Assembly (NCBI GenBank): GCA_964491925.1
Contig: CAZBGZ010000005.1
Coordinates: 1 to 57,093, forward strand
Origin: an uncultured Candidatus Saccharibacteria bacterium
Lineage (GTDB): Bacteria; Patescibacteriota; Saccharimonadia; Saccharimonadales; JAGQNJ01
DNA length: 57,093 nt
Reading direction: 5' to 3'
The position numbers were made by a program, and so were the translations under genes. This document shows positions 9,829-17,309 of this stretch, piece by piece; the first letter of the stretch is position 1, and every line of letters starts with the position of its first letter. A model generated the notes under the pieces. That model was not told where the DNA came from. It was given only the letters and a program-made list of their open reading frames with translations, and ran no database searches.

Positions 9829-10605
9829 ATGAGTTCAACTGCACCTGTGCCGAACGAAGGCCCACAAGAGTTTTTAGGTCTGCCTCTTGATGCTGTGGCC
9901 CGGTTTGCGGGAACGGTAGAAACTGCGCAGCATGATGTGTCTTTTGCTATGAATTTGTACGACGTGCGGCACAGAATGCGCACAATTGCAGGATTGCCGG
10001 CCAGTCTAAATAAATTCGCAACCTACTTGGATGAGTTCGAAGATGATGTTGATGTTTTAGCCGGCATGAATCCAAAAGCTCAATTAACTTCTGAGGTTAC
10101 TCTGGTCTTAAGTGGCATAAGGCAAGAAACAGAGCGACGGTCTGCTAGTAGCCCTGCTACAGCAGAAACTGCAGCGGTTGGTATGGGCGCAGTGATGGGT
10201 TTGCTAGTTGAGAGACCTGATGTTACCCAGCAGAGACTTCCGCTACTTTCTCAACTCGTGATGCGACGGCTCCCAGACGACGAAAAGAGAATACCTTCAA
10301 ATGAGGTCCTAGCTTTAGCTGCGCCGGGCCTACTGAGCGTCCTATACGTGATGAGTGACAAGTCCGCAGCTAACAAGGCATTTACCCGAGAGGTCAGGAT
10401 GAATCCATCCCCAAGAGCTGGACTCGTGAGCTCCCCAGTCGGTGCAATCGGGGCGAGATTCGTAGGGAAGTCGGTCGAGAGACAATACCTGCACATTCTA
10501 GACCTACATGGTGTTGCAATTGCCACCACTTTTCACAATCTTTTGCCAACAGACGGCAAAAAGTTAAAGCAAGCTCACAGTGCCCTGCAAACATTTTTTG
10601 GTTAG
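9829..10605 (+). CDS. Hypothetical protein
   Basis: 258-aa ORF with its own promoter-like TTGACT(9794)-17-TAAAAT(9817) 6 nt before the ATG. Confidence 0.7.
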   Translation: MSSTAPVPNEGPQEFLGLPLDAVARFAGTVETAQHDVSFAMNLYDVRHRMRTIAGLPASLNKFATYLDEFEDDVDVLAGMNPKAQLTSEVTLVLSGIRQETERRSASSPATAETAAVGMGAVMGLLVERPDVTQQRLPLLSQLVMRRLPDDEKRIPSNEVLALAAPGLLSVLYVMSDKSAANKAFTREVRMNPSPRAGLVSSPVGAIGARFVGKSVERQYLHILDLHGVAIATTFHNLLPTDGKKLKQAHSALQTFFG

Positions 10606-10633
10606 ACATAGTTTTTAGAAATCTAGTGTCAAT

Positions 10634-10662
10634 TTGCAAACCGTTGAGTGGTGTGTTAACAT
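10634..10662 (+). promoter_or_regulatory. Putative sigma70 promoter of the leu leader and leuA-like gene
   Basis: TTGCAA-17 nt-TAACAT with extended TG. Confidence 0.6.
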
Positions 10663-10672
10663 TGTCGGCATA

Positions 10673-10747
10673 ATGAGTATTTATCAGATTCACCAGTTGC
10701 TGCTGCTAAGCCTACAAAGGCTGTGCTTCAACATGGTTGAAGCCTGA
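10673..10747 (+). CDS. Leucine-rich attenuator leader peptide MSIYQIHQLLLLSLQRLCFNMVEA
   Basis: 24 codons, with 4 consecutive Leu codons (TTG CTG CTG CTA) plus 2 more, upstream of a terminator and a LeuA-like gene. Confidence 0.85.
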   Translation: MSIYQIHQLLLLSLQRLCFNMVEA

Positions 10748-10776
10748 GCGAATATTCGCCTTAGCACAGCCCTACC

Positions 10777-10806
10777 AATCAGGCTTCACCGGAGCCTGAT
10801 TTTTTT
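10777..10806 (+). terminator. Attenuator terminator of the leu leader
   Basis: AATCAGGCT-TCACCGG-AGCCTGATT plus T run; the 5' arm has a perfect 10-nt alternative partner at 10738-10747. Confidence 0.88.
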
Positions 10807-10830
10807 AATTTAGAGAGGTAGTAGTAGCAA

Positions 10831-12375
10831 GTGAGTGTAATAGAACAAGATATTGATGTATTTGCGGTAGCAGAGCAAGACATGGCAGTAAACAGAGAAG
10901 CAGAGCGGCTTATTGAGAGTGCATTTGAGCACGGTCCGACCGACGTGAGAGTTATTGACATTGTTGACGTAACTCTTCGTGACGGACTTCAACAAGATGA
11001 CATTAAAAAAGGTGAGATACTGCCGTCCGGAAAACCAGAAGGATTATCTATAGAGGATAGAATAGGCATTTTTGACAACCTTATTGATACAGGCATAGAG
11101 ACTATAGAGGCTGGCCATTTTGGCAACCCCGAAGATCGTCCTTTCGGTAGGGCTTTAGTAAAACACATTAATTCAAAGTCTGCTGAGGGTGACGAACGAT
11201 ACAAAAAAGTAAAGATTCAGATGCTTGTTGGGGCTCAAAAAGATGGCATTGTTGAAGCCATAAAAGTTTTAGAAGGTTTTGATAAAGAGCGTGTCATTGT
11301 ACATGTTTACAATCGTATTTCCCCAGAGTTACTTGCATTGGCCAGCATTCAACCAAATACACCTACTAAGTCAGCTCAAGATCTATGTGATACAACATTA
11401 ATCGCATTACAGGCTGGTTTTCAACATTTTTCAGTATCGGGCGAAGGCGCCGTTGATCATACTCAAGATCCTAACATTGTGGCCGAATACCACAATCATG
11501 TGACAAGATTTCTTTTTGGACATGGAGCACGCTCTGTCAATGTCAATCTTGCCAACACTTTCGGCAGTTCGCCATACGGCTTATGGGACACAGAAGGTTT
11601 AGCGGACTTTAATACAACTGCGAAATCAGTAGCCGAAGAGTTTGAGGATGTAACTGTCACTACTAGTGTTCATGCCCATAACGACTCTGGGTCAGCCACC
11701 GAATTCAGTCTGGACGCCTTACATGCAGGTTTTGATAAAGTTGAAGGATCGATTATCGGCATGGGTGAGCGAGCAGGGAACACAGCAATTGTTGATGTCC
11801 TTGAGAGGCTTGCCGAAATGGCAACTATTGATTACGAAAACATTGAGAGATTTGTTCGCGAAGGGAACATACCCGAAGATATTTTCGCTACCCGTGCACT
11901 TAAAAAATCAATTTTTCGTGATAGATATGTCTCCAGTCATATGGCCTTTTCGCTTCCGACAATGTATGGGGCAGCAAAATCCGTTGGCGAAATTGCAGAG
12001 ACTCAGCGGTTTAATGAGACGTCTATTGGAAAAACTCGTTCATATGACGCTGGATCCGGGCCTCATGGGGAGGCAAATGCGAAATATGTCGAATCACCGA
12101 TGAGGCATCGCCTACTTGAAATTTACGGCCACATTGCCTCAATTCATGCACTCTTCGGTAACCCTTACGCACAAGCTATTGTCGATGTAGATATTGAAGG
12201 TATGAAGGCAGTTACTGTCGATAATCACGCCGGTGGCGGTAACACCCGTAAAGTACATGAGGGAAGGCTACAGCGAGCCCCAGAAGAAGAAGTTGATGCG
12301 CATATAGCGGTGGTAGATGCTCGTCATGCTGTCATATTGGCATTAATGTCTCATGACATGGCTTTCGCAGTCTGA
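10831..12375 (+). CDS. Divergent 2-isopropylmalate synthase-like DRE-TIM metallolyase lacking the C-terminal allosteric domain
   Basis: DVTLRDGLQ, IEAG, HAHNDSG, GMGERAGN, SGPH (cf. SGIH); Leu attenuator upstream. Confidence 0.82.
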   Translation: MSVIEQDIDVFAVAEQDMAVNREAERLIESAFEHGPTDVRVIDIVDVTLRDGLQQDDIKKGEILPSGKPEGLSIEDRIGIFDNLIDTGIETIEAGHFGNPEDRPFGRALVKHINSKSAEGDERYKKVKIQMLVGAQKDGIVEAIKVLEGFDKERVIVHVYNRISPELLALASIQPNTPTKSAQDLCDTTLIALQAGFQHFSVSGEGAVDHTQDPNIVAEYHNHVTRFLFGHGARSVNVNLANTFGSSPYGLWDTEGLADFNTTAKSVAEEFEDVTVTTSVHAHNDSGSATEFSLDALHAGFDKVEGSIIGMGERAGNTAIVDVLERLAEMATIDYENIERFVREGNIPEDIFATRALKKSIFRDRYVSSHMAFSLPTMYGAAKSVGEIAETQRFNETSIGKTRSYDAGSGPHGEANAKYVESPMRHRLLEIYGHIASIHALFGNPYAQAIVDVDIEGMKAVTVDNHAGGGNTRKVHEGRLQRAPEEEVDAHIAVVDARHAVILALMSHDMAFAV

Positions 12376-12378
12376 GCG

Positions 12379-12406
12379 TTGACAATACAACTCAAAGTAG
12401 TACCAT
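12379..12406 (+). promoter_or_regulatory. Putative sigma70 promoter of the ile leader and ridA-ilvA
   Basis: TTGACA-16 nt-TACCAT, 7 nt before the leader ATG. Confidence 0.65.
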
Positions 12407-12413
12407 TATTCGT

Positions 12414-12467
12414 ATGGCTCGAGGAATAATCAACATTATTATTGCGACCCCTAATCAGCGGGACTAG
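12414..12467 (+). CDS. Isoleucine-rich attenuator leader peptide MARGIINIIIATPNQRD
   Basis: 17 codons with 5 Ile in a 6-codon stretch, upstream of a terminator and ridA-ilvA. Confidence 0.85.
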   Translation: MARGIINIIIATPNQRD

Positions 12468-12487
12468 AGTTTTATATTGTCAAAAAT

Positions 12488-12515
12488 AAACCCCGCCCAT
12501 CCAAGCGGGGTTTTT
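12488..12515 (+). terminator. Attenuator terminator of the ile leader
   Basis: AAACCCCGC-CCATCCAA-GCGGGGTTT plus TT; GCGGG at 12458-12462 can compete for CCCGC. Confidence 0.85.
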
Positions 12516-12559
12516 AAATTAAACCGACCTTCGATAGTCTGAAGGTAAAGGAGAAATTA

Positions 12560-12943
12560 ATGTCAAATCAAGTAACATATGGACCATACAGCCCTATCGT
12601 GAAAAAGGGCGATTTTTACTTTATATCCGGGCATTTAGGTGTTGACGGGTCTTCGAAAGAGGCCCCAGAGACCATAAAAGAACAAACCAAGCTACTATTT
12701 AGTAACCTGTCCGAAACCTTGTCCACGCAAGGCTTGACGCTTGATGACATCGTAAAAACAACTATATTCTTGAAGAACGTCGATGATTTTTCAACTGTAA
12801 ATGAAATATATGTTACATATTTTAGTGAACCCCGTCCCGCCAGATCATGCATTGAAGCATCAAACCTACCCAAAGTCACCAGCAATAAAGTGCCAGTACT
12901 AATCGAGATAGAAGCTGTTGCCTACAAAAAGGAGAGCAAATGA
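12560..12943 (+). CDS. ridA: RidA/YjgF family enamine/imine deaminase
   Basis: GPYSP, FISGHLG, IVKTTIFL, PRPARS, LIEIEAVA. Confidence 0.93.
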   Translation: MSNQVTYGPYSPIVKKGDFYFISGHLGVDGSSKEAPETIKEQTKLLFSNLSETLSTQGLTLDDIVKTTIFLKNVDDFSTVNEIYVTYFSEPRPARSCIEASNLPKVTSNKVPVLIEIEAVAYKKESK

Positions 12944-14457
12944 GTAATGCAATCAATGAAACACTGTTAGCGAAGGTTTACGATGTTGCTACCGAAACTC
13001 CTCTAGAAAAAGCTACCAAACTGAGCCACGCAAACGGCTTTCCAATATACCTAAAAAGAGAAGACTTACAACCTGTGCATTCGTTCAAAATCAGGGGAGC
13101 ATACAATAAAATGGTGCATTTGAACGGCGCCAAGAAGAAAAAGGGTGTTATAGCTGCAAGCGCAGGGAACCATGCACAAGGCGTAGCTCTGAGCGCACAA
13201 AAACTTGGTATTTCTGCTACGATCGTTATGCCCAAAACCACTCCAAATATTAAGATTGACGCAGTTAAATCATACAACGCCGAAGTAATCCTCTGCGGAG
13301 ATAGCTATTCAGATGCCTACGATAAGTCTCAAGAACTAGTAAAACAAACAGGCAAAGCGTTTATTCACCCTTTTGATGATCCTTTAGTTATCGCTGGGCA
13401 GGGCACAGTTGGCCGGGAAATCATTGAGCAGCTACCTGATGTCACTCATATATTTGTGCCCGTTGGAGGCGGTGGACTTATTGCAGGAATCGCTCAGTTT
13501 ATCAAGCAACTAGATCCGAACATCAAGATAATTGGCGTAGAACCAAAGGATAGTAATGCCATGGGGCTGTCGTTAAAGGCTGGCAAGCGAGTACAACTAG
13601 ATCACGTCGGACTGTTTGCTGATGGGGTAGCAGTGAAAGAAGTTGGGGAAAATACCTTCAAGATATGCCAGAAATACGTTGACGAGGTAATTACTGTCAC
13701 CAATGATCAAATCTCTGCTGGGATCAAGGCGGTTTTTGAAGATACTAGAAACATCGTTGAGCCCGCTGGCGCCCTCGGCGTTGCTGGGGCGTCTAAGTAT
13801 TTTGCCGATGGCGGCATAAAAAACGCAACAGCGGTTGCTATATGTTCAGGTGCCAATATGTCGTTTGAACGTTTACAATATGTTGCTGAACGAACTCTGG
13901 TAGGAAGTGGCAAGGAAGCACTTTTTTCGGTAAAAATGCCCGAGCAGGCTGGTGCGCTAGAAAAATTCTGTTTGGAAGTTGTTAATGGGCACGCTATTAC
14001 CGAGTTTAGCTATCGGTTGAATAGTAGAGACCGTGCACATATATTCGTAGGCATTGGTCTGCAAGACAAAGCAGATAAGGAGAAGTTCATGGACAAAATG
14101 ACTTTAAAGAGCTACGAGTATGATGATTTGTCGTCTGACGAGATAGTAAAGAAGCACATTCGCCATATGATTGGTGGTGTGTCGGTACTTGCAAAAAATG
14201 AGCATTTTTACGAAGTATTGTTTCCGGAGCGAGCCGGTGCATTAACTGACTTTTTGCGCGTAGTCGCAAGGCGTTGGAATATTAGCACTTTTCACTACCG
14301 TGGCCAGGGTTCAGACACTGCAAATATTCTGGTTAGTTTTGAAACAACGGAGCCTAAGACGGTTGAGAACGACCTAAAGGCTTCTGGTTACGAATTCGAA
14401 AAATTGTCATCAAAAGCAATTGACGTTTTTTTAAAAAAATACACTAAAGACTATTGA
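12940..14457 (+). CDS. ilvA: Biosynthetic threonine ammonia-lyase (long form with regulatory domains)
   Basis: KREDLQPVHSFKIRGAYN, ASAGNHAQG, PVGGGGL, FADGVAV, SGANM; two C-terminal regulatory repeats (PEQAGAL, PERAGAL). Confidence 0.96.
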   Translation: MSNAINETLLAKVYDVATETPLEKATKLSHANGFPIYLKREDLQPVHSFKIRGAYNKMVHLNGAKKKKGVIAASAGNHAQGVALSAQKLGISATIVMPKTTPNIKIDAVKSYNAEVILCGDSYSDAYDKSQELVKQTGKAFIHPFDDPLVIAGQGTVGREIIEQLPDVTHIFVPVGGGGLIAGIAQFIKQLDPNIKIIGVEPKDSNAMGLSLKAGKRVQLDHVGLFADGVAVKEVGENTFKICQKYVDEVITVTNDQISAGIKAVFEDTRNIVEPAGALGVAGASKYFADGGIKNATAVAICSGANMSFERLQYVAERTLVGSGKEALFSVKMPEQAGALEKFCLEVVNGHAITEFSYRLNSRDRAHIFVGIGLQDKADKEKFMDKMTLKSYEYDDLSSDEIVKKHIRHMIGGVSVLAKNEHFYEVLFPERAGALTDFLRVVARRWNISTFHYRGQGSDTANILVSFETTEPKTVENDLKASGYEFEKLSSKAIDVFLKKYTKDY

Positions 14458-14488
14458 CTTTTTCTCTATTTATGCTAAAATCTTATTT

Positions 14489-15160
14489 ATGTTCAAAAGA
14501 AAGCAAATTGACTTTGAAATAGCGGCATCTCCCGAAGCCAGCAAACGCGCAGTACGACAACGCGCCAGAGAGTCGTATATGTCTCGTGCGTTATTTACTC
14601 TTGCGGGAGTCACGGTCGCAGGCATTGCGATGCTATCACTGTCAGACGATGTTGGTAACCGCACAATAGAGCCGATTGGAGGCCTTGATCCTAAAGGTGT
14701 GCTCGTTTTTGCAGGTCTATCTGAAGCTGCACTTGCTACCGGTGCAGTAGTTGAAAAACGCAGAGCAATCAATAGAATTAATGATATTGCAAGCAGCCAT
14801 ACAACTGCTCGATACCTCATCTCAGAAAATGCAAATATGAATACAGCCAGGCAACAATATGAGCATAGTAGCCATGGACACAAGAACGACCGTTCGCTAT
14901 TAGCCCAAGCCAAAGACGTAGCAGGACAAGCTATTAGCACGTCTGTAGAAATAATTACAGGAACAGTTGCCGCAGTCATAATGACCTCCGAAGCTCATGT
15001 CACACCGCAAGATGAGGTGGCTGCCAATCTCTTTCTTGCTGGTTATGTAATGACTACAGCTGTGACGGCCGCGGCAAATACTGGGGCAGTAGGCGAAGCA
15101 AGTCGTGAAGCAAACCATACAATAAACCTTGCAATAACCTCCGATCCCATCGCATCCTGA
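14489..15160 (+). CDS. Hypothetical Ala-rich membrane protein
   Basis: Several hydrophobic segments; promoter-like TTGACT-16-TAAAAT 7 nt before the ATG. Confidence 0.6.
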   Translation: MFKRKQIDFEIAASPEASKRAVRQRARESYMSRALFTLAGVTVAGIAMLSLSDDVGNRTIEPIGGLDPKGVLVFAGLSEAALATGAVVEKRRAINRINDIASSHTTARYLISENANMNTARQQYEHSSHGHKNDRSLLAQAKDVAGQAISTSVEIITGTVAAVIMTSEAHVTPQDEVAANLFLAGYVMTTAVTAAANTGAVGEASREANHTINLAITSDPIAS

Positions 15161-15197
15161 GCTACTTTCTCATAGATAAATTTGGTTTCATAACTTA

Positions 15198-15227
15198 TTG
15201 ACAGTGGGTAACCGTTTCTGCTACAAT
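15198..15227 (+). promoter_or_regulatory. Putative promoter of rplJ-rplL
   Basis: TTGACA-18 nt-TACAAT with extended TG. Confidence 0.7.
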
Positions 15228-15238
15228 TACTGGGTTAA

Positions 15239-15359
15239 TTACCGAAGACAGCGACGGGGAAACCTTAATAAAGTCGTCAAGGTACATAATAGTAATAGTC
15301 AACTTTTTTGTTACGTTTTTGTATAAAGTCTTTGGTAAAACAGCACCGAAGACTTTTTT
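15239..15359 (+). promoter_or_regulatory. L10 leader with terminator/antiterminator switch
   Basis: ACCGAAGACAGCGAC...TTAATAAAGTCGTCAAGGT resembles the L10(L12)4-binding leader; terminator AAAGTCTTTGGT...ACCGAAGACTTT-TTT at 15325-15359. Confidence 0.75.
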
Positions 15360-15443
15360 AGTCTTTTGAACCTTTACCCTAACCCAGGGTACAAGTTTGC
15401 ACATTTACAACCCAGGTCGAAATAATTAAACAGGAATCAACAT

Positions 15444-15974
15444 ATGGCTTTAACTAAGCAAGAAAAAGACGAAGTTGTTGCCTCTGTAGCCGATCTTTTG
15501 GCTAGCTCAAAGATTACGGTTGTTGCGCAGTACGAAGGTACAAGCGTAAAACAGCTACAAGAGCTAAGAAAAAATGCTAAAGAGACCGGGACAGTGGTAA
15601 AAGTAGTAAAAAACCGTTTGGTTCGCCAGGCAATCAGCACTACAGACCATTTGAAAGATGTAGACACAAGTGCCTTAAATGGTCAATTGCTATACGCTTT
15701 CAACTCGCAGGACGAGGTAGCCCCAGCACAATCATTAGCTTCGTTTGCTAAGAAAAATCCAACAATTCAATTTGTCGGAGCATTTTCTACAGACGGACAG
15801 TTTATGAGTGCAGATGACGTAAAGTATCTAGCACAACTACCTAGCAAAGATCAACTACGAGCACAGCTTGTTGGAACACTTGGCGCGCCACTCAGTGGAT
15901 TCGTCAACGTACTATCAGGAAACCTTCGTGGCGTACTAAATGTCATGAGCGCAAGAGCAGAAGCAATTCAATAA
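15444..15974 (+). CDS. rplJ: 50S ribosomal protein L10
   Basis: KVVKNRLV and LAQLPSKDQLRAQLVG motifs. Confidence 0.96.
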   Translation: MALTKQEKDEVVASVADLLASSKITVVAQYEGTSVKQLQELRKNAKETGTVVKVVKNRLVRQAISTTDHLKDVDTSALNGQLLYAFNSQDEVAPAQSLASFAKKNPTIQFVGAFSTDGQFMSADDVKYLAQLPSKDQLRAQLVGTLGAPLSGFVNVLSGNLRGVLNVMSARAEAIQ

Positions 15975-15988
15975 ATTAACTAATAGGG

Positions 15989-16010
15989 GAAAACCGTAGG
16001 TTTAGCCTTA
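15989..16010 (+). repeat. Partial copy of the dispersed repeat (GAAAACCGTAGGTTTAGCCTTA)
   Basis: 15-nt identity to 4072-4086. Confidence 0.6.
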
Positions 16011-16029
16011 ATTCTCAAAAGGAGATTGT

Positions 16030-16434
16030 ATGTCAGAAGAAAAGAAAACAGTAGAGACTCCAAAAGAGTTCGAAAAACTAGTTGCAGAACTGGACAAAAT
16101 GTCAGCTTTAGAAATTAGCAAGTTTGTTAAGTTTCTAGAAGAGTACTGGGGCGTTAGTGCCGCAGCACCAGCCGCAGCCGTAGCCGCAGCACCAGCTGAG
16201 GCAGCCGAAGCGGTTGAGGAAAAATCAGAATACGACGTTATTCTGAAAGAAGTTGGCGCGCAAAAAGTAGCGGTCATTAAAGCAGTCAAAGACATCACGG
16301 GTCTAGGCCTTGGTGAAGCAAAAGCTGTCGTTGACGGTGCACCAAAACCAGTGCTAGAAAAAGCCAAAAAAGAAGACGCTGATGCTGCCAAGAAAACCTT
16401 GGAAGACGCTGGCGCGACTGTTGAACTTTCCTAA
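16030..16434 (+). CDS. rplL: 50S ribosomal protein L7/L12
   Basis: [35 protein letters not shown]. Confidence 0.98.
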   Translation: MSEEKKTVETPKEFEKLVAELDKMSALEISKFVKFLEEYWGVSAAAPAAAVAAAPAEAAEAVEEKSEYDVILKEVGAQKVAVIKAVKDITGLGLGEAKAVVDGAPKPVLEKAKKEDADAAKKTLEDAGATVELS

Positions 16435-16489
16435 AGTTCAACAGAGCGCCCTGAGTCTATCAAAGGGCGCAACAGTAGAACTAGCTTAG
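16411..16489 (+). repeat. Palindromic element overlapping the rplL stop plus a duplicated rplL 3' end
   Basis: Inverted repeat 16411-16450, second hairpin GCGCCCT...AGGGCGC, then a second GATVELA* coding copy at 16466-16489. Confidence 0.7.
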
Positions 16490-16510
16490 TCATTGATTGA
16501 GTTATCGAAC

Positions 16511-16548
16511 AATAATACCGCTCCGAAGTACTGGAGTGGTATTATTTT
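16511..16548 (+). terminator. rplJL terminator
   Basis: AATAATACCGCTCC-GAAGTACT-GGAGTGGTATTATT-TT. Confidence 0.75.
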
Positions 16549-16555
16549 ATCCACA
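16547..16555 (+). promoter_or_regulatory. Consensus DnaA box TTATCCACA
   Basis: Perfect 9-mer just upstream of the promoter region preceding hyp-dnaX-dnaB; single copy, could be chance. Confidence 0.45.
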
Positions 16556-16646
16556 GGTAGGGGCTTGACCCTTTGACTAATGTTAGCAAGCATGATATTT
16601 TTATGTAAAGTGTATAGATAAACAAACACTGAGAGAAGACCAGATT

Positions 16647-17156
16647 ATGGCAGATGTATCAGATAAACAAATAAAAAGACTGAAAGTGCTTATTCAAGAG
16701 GCGGAGACCAGTCTAGCGGCAGCAAAAGAACTGTTAGTTAGTCTATTGGGTGACGATGATATGGCCCCAATCAAACCATCAGAAGACATCGCAGGCAAGA
16801 TTATCGAAGGCGTTTTTGACGGACAAAATATGGTTGGGTCAGATGGAAAAACATATCCCGTCCCAGCTAACTATGCCTCCAAATCAAAGCTCGTTCAGGG
16901 TGACATTCTTAAGCTGACGATTGCAGACGATGGGGCGTTTCTTTATAAGCAAATCGGGCCAATCCCCAGAGTCCAAAAAGTTGGCACATTAGTCATGGAA
17001 AATGGCCACTATTATGTTGATGTAGACAAGCAGAAATATCGAGTATTGCTTGCCAGCGTGACATACTTCAAGGCAAAACCAGGCGATCAAGTCAGCATAA
17101 ACGTGCCAGAAGACGACCAAACAGCCGAATGGGCAGCCCTAGAAGCCGCCCTCTAA
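16647..17156 (+). CDS. Conserved hypothetical protein (CPR-type)
   Basis: EGVFDGQNM..DGKTYPVPANYASKSKLV motif, recalled as common in CPR genomes. Confidence 0.8.
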   Translation: MADVSDKQIKRLKVLIQEAETSLAAAKELLVSLLGDDDMAPIKPSEDIAGKIIEGVFDGQNMVGSDGKTYPVPANYASKSKLVQGDILKLTIADDGAFLYKQIGPIPRVQKVGTLVMENGHYYVDVDKQKYRVLLASVTYFKAKPGDQVSINVPEDDQTAEWAALEAAL

Positions 17157-17167
17157 TGCCTAGTAAA

Positions 17168-17207
17168 TAAGACAAACCTGCGGTTTTTCTCTTTACGCCG
17201 GCAAAAT
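17168..17207 (-). repeat. Dispersed intergenic repeat, copy 2 (inverted)
   Basis: Reverse complement ATTTTGCCGGCGTAAAGAGAAAAACCGCAGGTTTGTCTTA aligns to 4054-4092. Confidence 0.7.
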
Positions 17208-17309
17208 GGTATACATTTTTTACCTGGTTGCTCTTTTCCCGTTAGCAACAAACGTATAGCATATTGCACAACGAAACTGACGTGCGGATTAGTCTATAAT
17301 AGATAGGCT

